A DNA stretch of 43,420 bases from an uncultured Bacteroidales bacterium (lineage in GTDB: Bacteria; Bacteroidota; Bacteroidia; Bacteroidales; Paludibacteraceae), in assembly GCA_902785805.1 (NCBI GenBank), contig CADAAF010000010.1, forward strand, positions 1 through 43,420, in the 5' to 3' direction. The translations under genes were made by a program, and so were the position numbers. The notes beneath the pieces were generated by a model. The model was not told the DNA's origin and did no database searches. It was given only the letters and a program-made list of their open reading frames with translations. Of this stretch, positions 18,383 to 27,501 are shown in pieces. Within the stretch, counting starts at the first letter, position 1. Every line of letters begins with the position of its first letter.

Positions 18383-19045
18383 ATGGAAGTACGTATTCAC
18401 GAAAGTTGGAAAGAGGTACTGCAACCGGAGTTTGATAAACCATACTTTGAGTTGCTCGCTTCTTTTGTCCGCCACGAATATACCACCCGCCATTGTTTTC
18501 CGCCTGCCAAGTATATTTTCCGTGCCTTTGACGTTTGTCCTTTCGATAAGGTCAAGGTCGTTATTTTAGGTCAGGATCCGTACCACGATGAGGGACAGGC
18601 GCACGGTTTGTGCTTTTCGGTTAATGACAATGTGCGTATTCCTCCTTCGTTGGAGAATATCTACAAGGAATTGCAACGCGATTTGGGAATCCCCATACCT
18701 TCTTCCGGCAACCTGATGCGTTGGGCGGAGCAGGGGGTGTTGCTCCTTAATGCCACCTTGACGGTAGAGGCTCATCGTCCCGGAAGTCATCAGAACAAGG
18801 GTTGGGAAGAATTGACCGATGCCGCCATTAAGGCTCTTAACGACCGGCGTGAAAATATCGTCTATATGCTTTGGGGCAGTTATGCGCAGCGTAAAGGACA
18901 GTTTGTCAATCGCCGCAAGAACCTTGTCCTGACAGCCCCCCACCCCAGCCCATTGTCTGCTTATCGCGGTTTTATCGGTTGCGGACATTTCTCGCAGGCT
19001 AATAAGTACCTTATTGCTCATCAACAAACGCCCATACAATGGTAA
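18383..19045 (+). CDS. ung: Uracil-DNA glycosylase (family 1)
   Basis: Active-site motif GQDPYH, plus HPSPLSA and LLLNATLTV. Length 220 aa. Confidence 0.92.
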   Translation: MEVRIHESWKEVLQPEFDKPYFELLASFVRHEYTTRHCFPPAKYIFRAFDVCPFDKVKVVILGQDPYHDEGQAHGLCFSVNDNVRIPPSLENIYKELQRDLGIPIPSSGNLMRWAEQGVLLLNATLTVEAHRPGSHQNKGWEELTDAAIKALNDRRENIVYMLWGSYAQRKGQFVNRRKNLVLTAPHPSPLSAYRGFIGCGHFSQANKYLIAHQQTPIQW

Positions 19046-19052
19046 TTAGCGT

Positions 19053-21383
19053 ATGAAACGTCTTTTGTTAGTGGATGCTTATGCGATGATTTATCGCGCT
19101 TACTATGCGTTCATCAAAACGCCCCGTATCAATTCCAAGGGGGAGAACGTGAGTGCCGTGTTTGGTTTTGTGGTCACTTTGGACGATTTGCTCAAGCGCC
19201 TCAAACCGACTCATCTCGCGGTGGCTTTTGACCCGCACGGCAAGACGTTCCGCCACGAGGCGTATGAGCAGTACAAGGCACAGCGCCCCGAAACGCCCGA
19301 AGATATAAGGCGTGCCGTCCCTATTATTCACGATATACTGGACGCGATGCAGGTTCGGCAACTGGAGGTCTCTGGTTTTGAAGCCGATGACGTGATTGGT
19401 ACAGTGTCTCGTCAGGCAGCAGAGGCGGGAATGGAGGTCTTTATGGCAACACCCGATAAGGACTATGGTCAATTGGTTACGGATAGTGTGTTCCAGTATC
19501 GTCCACGCCATACGGGAGGATATGAGCAGATGGGACCGCAAGAGGTGTGCGAAAAGTATGGATTGCAGAACCCGCAACAAATCATCGACCTGTTGAGTTT
19601 GATGGGCGACAAGGCGGATAATATCCCCGGATGTGCTGGCGTAGGCGAAAAAACGGCGGTTACACTCTTGCAAACCTACGGCTCCGTGGACAACCTGTTA
19701 GACCATATCAACCAGCTGAAAGGTGCTCTTCGTGATAAAATCAGCAGTCAGGCGGAACAGATACGCTTTTCGCGTTTTTTGGCAACTATCCGCACGGATG
19801 TACCGGTTGCCTTTAACGAGAATGAGTTGTTGCGGCAGGATCCCGATTGGAATAGGTTAGTTCCGCTTTACGAGCAGTTGGAGTTCCGCTCGCTGCTTCG
19901 TAATGCACCCGCTGCTGTTGTTACATCTGCCGCTCCTGTCAAAAAAGCGAAACAGGAGGCGACACTCGACCTCTTCGCCTCTGTGGATAATGACCAACAG
20001 CCCATCGCGGCAACCGATACGCCTTCTTACGATACGGTCGAAAACCGGCTTTGCGCTTATCTGCTTCATTCGGAATTGCCTTTCAATCCATTCTCACCGC
20101 CCGATTGGGACGCTCTGAAGAAAGACCCTGCATTATGGAATCTCTATCAGGAAGTGGAGTTGCCGCTCGTGCAGGTGTTGCGGGATATGGAGCGGGCGGG
20201 AGTGCGCTTTGATACTGACTTGCTTAAGCAAGCTGAAAAACAACTCACTGATGAATTGGCGCGGCTGGAGCAGGCTATATATGAGTTGGCAGGCATTTCC
20301 TTTAATGTCAATTCACCCGCACAAGTGGGTGATGTCTTGTTTGACAAACTGCGGCTTGATCCGAAAGCCAAACGGCAGAAATTGGGCAAGTATTCCACCT
20401 CCGAGGATGTACTCTTGCCCTTACGCGAACGCCATCCTATTGTTCCGCTTGTCTTGGAGCAGCGAGAGTTGAAGAAACTTATTTCTACGTACATAACGGC
20501 TCTTCCTACGTTTATCAATCCGCAAACAGGCAAGATTCATACTACCTACCACCAGACCGTAACAGCCACAGGACGTTTAAGCAGCAGTCATCCGAATCTT
20601 CAGAACCTGCCTATCCGCACCGACCGGGGACAGTTAATCCGGCAGGCGGTCATACCCGATCCTGGATGCCTGTTCCTGAGTGCCGACTATTCGCAGATTG
20701 AGTTGCGTTTGATGGCACATTGCTCGCAGGATACCCACATGATTCAAGCGTTCTTGGACGGACAGGATATTCATGCGGCAACGGCGGCTAAAATCTTTGG
20801 ATTGCCCATTGACGAGGTCAGCAAAGAGCAGCGGCGGCGTGCCAAAACAGCCAATTTCGGTATTATCTACGGTATTTCGGCTTTCGGTCTTTCGCAGCAG
20901 TTAGGCTGCCCGCGCCAAGAAGCACAGCAGTTGATAAACGACTATTTTGCCGCTTTTCCGCAAGTGGCGGAATACATAGAAAAACAGAAACAGTTTGCGC
21001 GTGACCATGGATATGTAGAGACACTGTTCGGAAGGCGGCGTTATTTGCCTGATATCTTGAGTCGCAACGCCACGGTACGCAGTTTTGCGGAACGCAATGC
21101 CGTCAACGCACCCATTCAAGGAACCGCTGCCGATATTATTAAAATGGCTATGGTCAGCATTCATCGTCGGTTGGCTCGCGAGATATTGCCCCTTCGCCCG
21201 CAGCCGGCTAAGAACGATCTGATGATTATGCAGGTGCACGACGAACTTAATTTCAATGTACCCGAATCTGAGATTGAACCCGTCCGCAAGATTGTGGTGG
21301 AAGAGATGCAGAACGCCATCCATCTGTCTGTACCACTCATTGCTTCGTGCGGAGTAGGTAAAAATTGGTTGGAGGCGCATTAG
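19053..21383 (+). CDS. polA: DNA polymerase I, short form (776 aa) with a vestigial 3'-5' exonuclease region
   Basis: The 5'-nuclease domain (aa 1-283) has ADDVIGT and GDKADNIPGCAGVGEKTA. The family A polymerase motifs are SADYSQIELRLMA, RRRAKTANFGIIYG and QVHDEL. Only about 80 aa (284-364) separate the two domains. Confidence 0.9.
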   Translation: MKRLLLVDAYAMIYRAYYAFIKTPRINSKGENVSAVFGFVVTLDDLLKRLKPTHLAVAFDPHGKTFRHEAYEQYKAQRPETPEDIRRAVPIIHDILDAMQVRQLEVSGFEADDVIGTVSRQAAEAGMEVFMATPDKDYGQLVTDSVFQYRPRHTGGYEQMGPQEVCEKYGLQNPQQIIDLLSLMGDKADNIPGCAGVGEKTAVTLLQTYGSVDNLLDHINQLKGALRDKISSQAEQIRFSRFLATIRTDVPVAFNENELLRQDPDWNRLVPLYEQLEFRSLLRNAPAAVVTSAAPVKKAKQEATLDLFASVDNDQQPIAATDTPSYDTVENRLCAYLLHSELPFNPFSPPDWDALKKDPALWNLYQEVELPLVQVLRDMERAGVRFDTDLLKQAEKQLTDELARLEQAIYELAGISFNVNSPAQVGDVLFDKLRLDPKAKRQKLGKYSTSEDVLLPLRERHPIVPLVLEQRELKKLISTYITALPTFINPQTGKIHTTYHQTVTATGRLSSSHPNLQNLPIRTDRGQLIRQAVIPDPGCLFLSADYSQIELRLMAHCSQDTHMIQAFLDGQDIHAATAAKIFGLPIDEVSKEQRRRAKTANFGIIYGISAFGLSQQLGCPRQEAQQLINDYFAAFPQVAEYIEKQKQFARDHGYVETLFGRRRYLPDILSRNATVRSFAERNAVNAPIQGTAADIIKMAMVSIHRRLAREILPLRPQPAKNDLMIMQVHDELNFNVPESEIEPVRKIVVEEMQNAIHLSVPLIASCGVGKNWLEAH

Positions 21384-21406
21384 AAACTTTTATACACTAA
21401 ACTCTG

Positions 21407-22717
21407 ATGGAGAAAGCGATACTGATAGGTTTGATAACGCCTGCCCAAAGCGAGGAGCGGACGCAGGAGTATCTGGACGAACTGGCATTTTTGGCTGATA
21501 CGCGGGACATACAGCCCGTGCGTCGGTTTGTGCAGCGCACAGAACATGCTGATACCAATACGTATATCGGGAGCGGAAAGATTCAGGAGATTAACCGTTG
21601 GATAGAAGATTACCAAAAGACAGCCGATTCGCCGGTGGAGATTGTAATCTTTGATGACGAACTGTCTCCACGTCAAATACGTAACATAGAGAATGTGTTT
21701 AATCCCAAGGGGGCGGGCAAAGACCATCATCCTGTCCGGGTGATGGACCGCACTTTGCTTATCTTGGAGATTTTCCTGCAGCGTGCGCAAACCAGTTATG
21801 CCAAAACGCAGGTTGAGTTGGCACATTTGCAATATATGTTGCCCCGCTTGACACGAATGTGGAGTCACTTGGATCGTCAGCGTGGAGGTGGCGGAACGAA
21901 TCGCGGTACGGGTGAGACACAAATAGAGGCGGACCGTCGTATTATAGGGCAGCGTATAGCCTTGCTCAAAGACGAACTCAAACGCATTGACCGTCAGATG
22001 GCTACCCAGCGGCAGAATAGAGGTAAGATGGTGCGGGTGGCATTGGTGGGTTATACCAACGTAGGCAAATCAACCTTGATGAACCTGCTTAGCAAGAGTG
22101 AAGTGTTTGCCGAAAACAGGCTGTTTGCTACGTTGGATACTACGGTCAGAAAAATGACTATCAACAACCTGCCTTTCCTCCTTAGTGATACGGTAGGGTT
22201 CATTCGCAAACTGCCTCATCATCTGATTGAGTCATTCAAGTCCACTTTGGACGAAGTGCGCGAGGCAGATTTGCTCATCCACGTGGTGGACATCTCGCAC
22301 CCTAATTTTGAAGACCAGTACCAAGTTGTTGAGCAGACCATCGCCGATTTGTTGGGAGAGGATGAGATACCACAGAAAGACAGTGCTGTAGCCCAATTGC
22401 GCCGCCCAAAACAAGTGGTCAAGAAGACCATTCCTACTATAGTTGTATTCAATAAGATAGATGCCTTCCGCTATGAGCCGAAAGAGGAAGATGACCTGAC
22501 ACCCATTCGGCGTGAGAACATCTCTTTGGAGGAGTTGGAGAGGACGTGGATGGCTAAATTGTCAGACGACTGTATTTTCATTTCGGCTGCCAAGAAACAG
22601 AATGTGGATGCCTTGCGTGAGTTACTCTACAATCGTGTCAAGGCTATTCATGTGCAGCGTTATCCCTACAATGATTTCCTTTTCCCGGACATAGACACGT
22701 CTATGCAGGCGGAATAG
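21407..22717 (+). CDS. hflX: Ribosome-associated GTPase HflX
   Basis: HflX N-terminal domain followed by G motifs GYTNVGKST and DTVGF, with NKID. Confidence 0.9.
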   Translation: MEKAILIGLITPAQSEERTQEYLDELAFLADTRDIQPVRRFVQRTEHADTNTYIGSGKIQEINRWIEDYQKTADSPVEIVIFDDELSPRQIRNIENVFNPKGAGKDHHPVRVMDRTLLILEIFLQRAQTSYAKTQVELAHLQYMLPRLTRMWSHLDRQRGGGGTNRGTGETQIEADRRIIGQRIALLKDELKRIDRQMATQRQNRGKMVRVALVGYTNVGKSTLMNLLSKSEVFAENRLFATLDTTVRKMTINNLPFLLSDTVGFIRKLPHHLIESFKSTLDEVREADLLIHVVDISHPNFEDQYQVVEQTIADLLGEDEIPQKDSAVAQLRRPKQVVKKTIPTIVVFNKIDAFRYEPKEEDDLTPIRRENISLEELERTWMAKLSDDCIFISAAKKQNVDALRELLYNRVKAIHVQRYPYNDFLFPDIDTSMQAE

Positions 22718-22721
22718 CGGG

Positions 22722-23585
22722 CTATAAGCCGGTATAGACCAGCGTAGTATCATGGTCGGGGACAAGCAGTTGTTTCTCGTCGCTCCCGTAGCCGCACCAG
22801 TAACCCAATCCGCCGTTGATATTCGTGCTAATCTGTGCCTTTGGCATAAAAATCCATGTATTGGCAACGGACGTAGAGGCAAACGATGACCAAAACACAT
22901 ACGAATCAGCGTCTATATGGGAGAGTTTGACTCGTAGCGTGTCTCCGCATAAGAAGTTGAAATCTCTGCTTCCATCTAACAGCGTGTTGGAGCGGTTGAG
23001 CCGCCAAGCGATGTGTTGTCCCTGTTGCGAGAGGTCGTCCCGAATACCTAATGAAGCGAGGACATATTGCGTCTGTTTCCCTTTGCAGTAGAAAAGAGCA
23101 TAGTAGTCCGTCGTGGCGGCGTTGTCTGTGAAATGAACGATTACTTCTCTGCTTTCTGGGTGTCCGTTCACTTTGCCCACCTTAATTGAGTCTATAGGCA
23201 CAATAGACGGTATAGTTGTAGTGGCTGTCAGCTGTTGCCCGTGATAATTCACCGTGAGCGTATATGTATTGCCTGCTTGTCCCATAATACGCGCATTGTA
23301 ATAATAGTAAGGCGGCAGCATTGTGGTGTCTATTTTACCGATAAGTTGCACGGAGTCTGTACCGTCGCTTACGAACACTTGTGCGGTTAGAATCATACTT
23401 TGCCGCAGCATTTCTTCTGTTCCGATTTCCGCCTCGCTCAGTTGGACGGCTTTGTGCAGGTGTACCACAGGGTGTTTGCCTGCTTCAATCCTGCCTTCTA
23501 CTACAATTGTGTCGGGTTGTGTAGTGGGCTTTTCGCAGCTGACCAATAGCAGAATAGCAAATATTATGAGCGCAATCTGTTTCAT
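22722..23585 (-). CDS. DUF4249-family lipoprotein
   Basis: Lipobox in MKQIALIIFAILLLVSC. Length of about 287 aa, a C-terminal NINGGLGYWCGYG motif, and location immediately downstream of a TonB-dependent receptor all fit the usual DUF4249 context. Confidence 0.6.
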   Translation of the reverse strand: MKQIALIIFAILLLVSCEKPTTQPDTIVVEGRIEAGKHPVVHLHKAVQLSEAEIGTEEMLRQSMILTAQVFVSDGTDSVQLIGKIDTTMLPPYYYYNARIMGQAGNTYTLTVNYHGQQLTATTTIPSIVPIDSIKVGKVNGHPESREVIVHFTDNAATTDYYALFYCKGKQTQYVLASLGIRDDLSQQGQHIAWRLNRSNTLLDGSRDFNFLCGDTLRVKLSHIDADSYVFWSSFASTSVANTWIFMPKAQISTNINGGLGYWCGYGSDEKQLLVPDHDTTLVYTGL

Positions 23586-23596
23586 TGTTTAATGCC

Positions 23597-25642
23597 TTAC
23601 ATTGAGTATCTTACGGAGACGGATGGTATAATCATAGACAGCAGTCCTGTCTGCCTGATACGGAAGTGAGCAGGTGAGTAGGTAATGAATTGTACGTTCT
23701 TGTGGCAATAGACATTGTATAGCGAGACGTTGAAATCAAGCGATTGGTTGTTTTTGAGCCGAAGCGTATAGTTGGCAGAGAGGTCCAGCCGATGGGTGAG
23801 AGGTAGGTGTTCCCCGTTGTATGGTCCCATCCGTGCCACAACACAGCCATTGAGTATATAAGCCGATTCGGGTTTGGTATAGGGTGTGCCGGTTGCCAAT
23901 GTAAAGACTCCTCCCACCGACCAAGACGTATTGAAGTGATACGTAGCGGTGGCTACAAGTTGGTGGCGGCGTGAGTGGGAACTGTCGAACGGACGGTCGC
24001 TTATTTCCGGAATGAAGCGTTTAGCCCAACCCAATGAATAGGTCAAGTAGCCTGAGAACTTGCCTTTCGCTTTCTGGAAGGTGATGTCCAATCCGTAGTT
24101 CTGTCCTGTTCCTGCGTAGATAAAGTCGGTATAGACTGCGTTATTGTAAAGCAGGTCCAATACGTTGATGCTGCATTCTAATGAGTTGTACAGTTGCTTG
24201 AAATATATCTCGGCAGAAAGAATATATTTCTGTTTCAGGAACGAACCTTTATAGCCTATGGAAGAAGACAATGCGTATTCGGGTTTGAAGCGGCCATGGG
24301 CGGGGATATAGAAGTCGGTAGGCAAGCCGGTACTGATAAGGTTGATAGTATGGTTGTTCTGGCTGTACGAGCCGATGTGCAGATATAGGAAATGGTCGGG
24401 TGTAACACGCAACGAGAAGTTGGCGCGCGGGTCTATTTGGAAGAATGGTCGTTCCGTGCAGTAGTAGGCGGTTGCACGTGCACCGAGCGAATAGTGGAAC
24501 AGCGGACTGACCTGGTGGGAGATGTCTGCGTAAACGGATGCCTCGTGAGCGTATAGAAGAGTCTTCGGCATACCGTTCACTCCAAGTGCAAAATCGCCCT
24601 GCACAGCGAATGCGAGCGGAGCGTATCGGGTAGCGGAATACTCTCCGCCTGCCTTGAGACTCATCATCGAGGACAGCCGCAGACAGGTATGGTGTTTGAC
24701 CCCGACCGCACCCACTGATGACCTGCCGGAAAAGAACAGTTCCTTTTGGAGGTCAAACTGAAAACGGTTGTGGTAGCCGGATAGGAACAGGGATGTGTGG
24801 TATTGTTCTTTTTCCTCCGTCCTGTCCCATGTGACAGACGAAGCGAGGTTCTGCCACGAGACATCGAAGAGCCGCAGGTCGGATGTCGTATTGTCGGCTG
24901 TCAGGCGGTCATTCCCGGCAAAGGCGGTAAAGACAATATCGTCTTTCGGGGTGGGGTGATAGGCGTAGGTAAGGTTGAAGTCCTGAAAGTTATAGTCAGG
25001 CTGTATGTTATCGGTTTTGAGCAGTCCTTTGTACATCGAGAAGTAGGATGCCCTGCCCGAGAAGAACAGGTCGCTTTTCTCGGAGCAATGCGATTGGAGG
25101 TGAATGTCAGAGCATAGTAGTCCGACGTTGGCAGAGAAGTTAAGCGGAGCGGGTGCATTGCGGTATGTCTGCATCGTAACGGCTCCTCCAAGCCGGTTGG
25201 CGTCGGCAGCACCGTGGGCGGACATCACCACTCCTATTCGCTCGAAGTGAGAAGCATTGAGTGCCGAAAAGAGGTTGAGTACGTGGCTCGGATAGAAAAC
25301 GGGCGCATCGTTGATAGTGAGGAGGGTATGGGCATTGTCGCAGCCTTGTACGAAGATACCGCCTTGCGCTTCATTATTCACTTGTATGCCCGCAAGCGTT
25401 TGAAGGAAATACAGCGGGTCGGTCTGTCCCATCAGTTTCGGAAGTGCCTGTAGTTCTTTGATATTGAGAGTGAAAGAAGAACTACTGACCTGGTTCATTG
25501 CCGGGGTCAGTAGTTTTCCTTTTACTTGCACTTCTTCCACGTCGCGATAAGCCTCTATTGTCGTATCGGTCTGCAAGCCCACTTGCGAAAAGCAGGCTAT
25601 AGACACTGCTATACAGAACGATAAGAGACCACCGCGCAACAT
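23597..25642 (-). CDS. TonB-dependent outer-membrane receptor (compact, 681 aa)
   Basis: Signal peptide, then a plug-domain pattern (LPKLMGQTDPLYFLQTLAGIQVNNEAQGGIFVQGCDNAHTLLTINDAPVFYPSHVLNLFSALN). The beta-barrel-like remainder has alternating aromatic and Gly residues. Confidence 0.8.
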   Translation of the reverse strand: MLRGGLLSFCIAVSIACFSQVGLQTDTTIEAYRDVEEVQVKGKLLTPAMNQVSSSSFTLNIKELQALPKLMGQTDPLYFLQTLAGIQVNNEAQGGIFVQGCDNAHTLLTINDAPVFYPSHVLNLFSALNASHFERIGVVMSAHGAADANRLGGAVTMQTYRNAPAPLNFSANVGLLCSDIHLQSHCSEKSDLFFSGRASYFSMYKGLLKTDNIQPDYNFQDFNLTYAYHPTPKDDIVFTAFAGNDRLTADNTTSDLRLFDVSWQNLASSVTWDRTEEKEQYHTSLFLSGYHNRFQFDLQKELFFSGRSSVGAVGVKHHTCLRLSSMMSLKAGGEYSATRYAPLAFAVQGDFALGVNGMPKTLLYAHEASVYADISHQVSPLFHYSLGARATAYYCTERPFFQIDPRANFSLRVTPDHFLYLHIGSYSQNNHTINLISTGLPTDFYIPAHGRFKPEYALSSSIGYKGSFLKQKYILSAEIYFKQLYNSLECSINVLDLLYNNAVYTDFIYAGTGQNYGLDITFQKAKGKFSGYLTYSLGWAKRFIPEISDRPFDSSHSRRHQLVATATYHFNTSWSVGGVFTLATGTPYTKPESAYILNGCVVARMGPYNGEHLPLTHRLDLSANYTLRLKNNQSLDFNVSLYNVYCHKNVQFITYSPAHFRIRQTGLLSMIIPSVSVRYSM

Positions 25643-25645
25643 GTT

Positions 25646-27184
25646 TTAGAGATCAATCGGCTCTACTTTATGCTCTTTGAACAAGTCGATATAGGAATTG
25701 ATTAACGCTTCTGTAGCGTCAATGAGCGAACCGTATGAGCGGCGGGTAAAGTATTGGTCGAACTGCATTTTCACCTTGTCTTCGATGAAGTAGATGGCGG
25801 GTGCTACGTTATACTCCAGATCGTCCACTACCATAATGATTTCTGCCTGCTTGATATTGCTGCCGTAATAGACGGAGAGCAGGATGTTGGTGTTCCAGAT
25901 ATCTACTATTGCTTCTGCGCGTTTCTTGCCTCCGTCATAGTTCATTTCGGTCTCGTTCACTTTCTTCATACCGGTGTAGTATGCATCGCCGTTCATTTCT
26001 CCCTGAATGCTCATTTCGCCGCCGAGGATAGTAAGCAGCATATTGGTCTTACCGGGTTTGAGTTCGTCTTCTGCTTTCTTCTCGTATTTGTTGAAGTCGC
26101 TTTCGGTACGCAGGTTGTTGTTGGGGTCGATGGCGAGTCCGTTAAAGCCGTCGTTGTCAATTGCGAGGCGGCAGATGGAGTTGCCGTTGACTTTCATCTC
26201 GTAGTTGCCTCTTACGGCGGAGCGGGTTACGTTCAGGTCGTATGTCTGGGCTATATTGGCAAGACGCACGTTGCCGGCGAGTTTGATATGGTCTTTGCGG
26301 TCGATGTCGAAGGTGAGAGCCACGTTAATCATTTCTTTGCCGTCGTCCGTGAGGGTTACTGTCAGGTTGGAAGGCAGGTGAGCGGCTACGGGTTGCATCT
26401 TGTACGGATAGGACACGTGTACATAGTAGCGGACGCCTTCGTACAGGGACGTGAACTCGTTCTCGTCCTCGTGGTCGTCATCGCGGTGAGCGAGAAGCGT
26501 TTCAAAGTATGCTTTCTTTATCTCGCGACCCTCAATGAACTTGCCCTGTTGTTCGTCCCAGTAGTCAATCGTATAGATGCGGTTAGATGAGTTGTAGTCA
26601 TATACTTTGACCGTGTCTATCACTTGGTAGGTGTCGCCGGTGGCTTTGATGGTCACTACTACTTCTTTGCCGTTTTGGTCGGCGCAGCGGAAGATGGCGG
26701 CGTTATCGTTCGGACCTGTGAAACGCCATTTGTTCTGGCTTTCATAGAACTCAAATTCTCCGAAGAAGTCGGACACGGACCAGTTGTCGAGCGTTACGAT
26801 GTCCATAAAGTTCATCGGCGAATAGTAGGCGTACGCGCTGATGCGGCGCATGGTGGCCATCATCGGGGTCATACCTTGGTAGGATACGTGACCGGCTCCC
26901 GCGCTGTCCATAACAGCTGACCAGTCGGTGTTCTCAAAGCGGGCGGTAAGATAGTCGGTCAGGCGAACGAGGTCGGCCTGTTCTTGAGTCTTGAACTGGC
27001 TCAATACTTGTTCTCCTAAAGCATTGAGTTTCTCAATCTGTTCATCGCCTGTCAGACGTTTCTGGGCACCTTGCGAAGTGGTGGGAACGCTGGTGCTGGG
27101 GGTTTCGGCTTTCTTTTCGCAGGAAGCCATACCGAGCATTGTTATGACAGCCATAATCAATGCAAAAGATACATGTTTACGCAT
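25646..27184 (-). CDS. Uncharacterised 512-aa lipoprotein, first gene of the TBDR operon
   Basis: Lipobox in MRKHVSFALIMAVITMLGMASC. The stop is 3 nt from the TBDR start codon. I recognise no family. Confidence 0.7.
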   Translation of the reverse strand: MRKHVSFALIMAVITMLGMASCEKKAETPSTSVPTTSQGAQKRLTGDEQIEKLNALGEQVLSQFKTQEQADLVRLTDYLTARFENTDWSAVMDSAGAGHVSYQGMTPMMATMRRISAYAYYSPMNFMDIVTLDNWSVSDFFGEFEFYESQNKWRFTGPNDNAAIFRCADQNGKEVVVTIKATGDTYQVIDTVKVYDYNSSNRIYTIDYWDEQQGKFIEGREIKKAYFETLLAHRDDDHEDENEFTSLYEGVRYYVHVSYPYKMQPVAAHLPSNLTVTLTDDGKEMINVALTFDIDRKDHIKLAGNVRLANIAQTYDLNVTRSAVRGNYEMKVNGNSICRLAIDNDGFNGLAIDPNNNLRTESDFNKYEKKAEDELKPGKTNMLLTILGGEMSIQGEMNGDAYYTGMKKVNETEMNYDGGKKRAEAIVDIWNTNILLSVYYGSNIKQAEIIMVVDDLEYNVAPAIYFIEDKVKMQFDQYFTRRSYGSLIDATEALINSYIDLFKEHKVEPIDL

Positions 27185-27223
27185 AATAGTTTGTTTGAAT
27201 TAGTGATAATAATAATTCGGCGG

Positions 27224-27255
27224 CAAAGATAGTGGTATTGGATAAATTTACCAAA
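27224..27255 (-). promoter_or_regulatory. Bacteroides-type promoter for the lipoprotein-TBDR-DUF4249 operon
   Basis: On the minus strand, TTTG (plus 27252..27255) and TATCTTTG (plus 27224..27231) have a 20-nt spacer. The pair lies about 40 nt upstream of ATG 27184. Confidence 0.55.
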
Positions 27256-27337
27256 TAATTTTGCACATTTCGCCATAATAGCTTCCAATCCTCCTGTATA
27301 TTCCCGTGCAAAATCTCCCTGCCATCTCCCCGTCTAT

Positions 27338-27421
27338 CCCATAGGTCGCCCATAGGTCGCCCATAGGTCACCCATAGGTCGCCCATAGGTCACCCATAAG
27401 TCACCCATAGGTCGCCCATAG
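27338..27421. repeat. Tandem array of an 11-nt unit CCCATAGGTC(G/A), 7 full copies plus a 7-nt partial copy
   Basis: Units start at 27338, 27349, 27360, 27371, 27382, 27393 (variant CCCATAAGTCA) and 27404, with a partial CCCATAG at 27415..27421. The units are contiguous with no spacers. The array is intergenic between divergent promoters. Confidence 0.95.
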
Positions 27422-27501
27422 AAACAACACTGCTTTTGACTGATTAGTAGTGTGTTATGCGGCACTAATCGTAATCCCCGTCGTATTTTTGTGTAAGTGG
27501 A

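Noticed and set aside
22715-22724. Convergent stop codons of hflX and the DUF4249 gene, only 4 nt apart, with no room for terminators.
   Set aside because: The observation is real, but tight convergent gene ends are common in compact bacterial genomes. I see no structure there that needs a special explanation.
25754-26590. 278-aa plus-strand ORF antisense to the 512-aa lipoprotein gene. Similar shadow ORFs are at 40697..41431, 42305..43231, 41786..42289, 3151..3969, 1873..2538, 19068..19673 and 21380..21922.
   Set aside because: Each is fully overlapped by a sense gene with a recognisable signal peptide or family motifs. The translations are Val/His/Gly-rich or Arg-rich low-complexity sequence with no recognisable motifs.
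27177-27386. 69-aa minus-strand ORF running through the 11-nt repeat array (MGDLWVTYGRPMGDLWDRRGDG...).
   Set aside because: The 11-nt period is not a multiple of three, so the apparent peptide repeat is only a by-product. The ORF also overlaps the start codon and predicted promoter of the lipoprotein operon.
27338-27421. Considered whether the repeat array could be a CRISPR array.
   Set aside because: The units are 11 nt and directly abutting, with no spacers. No cas genes or leader-like context are present.
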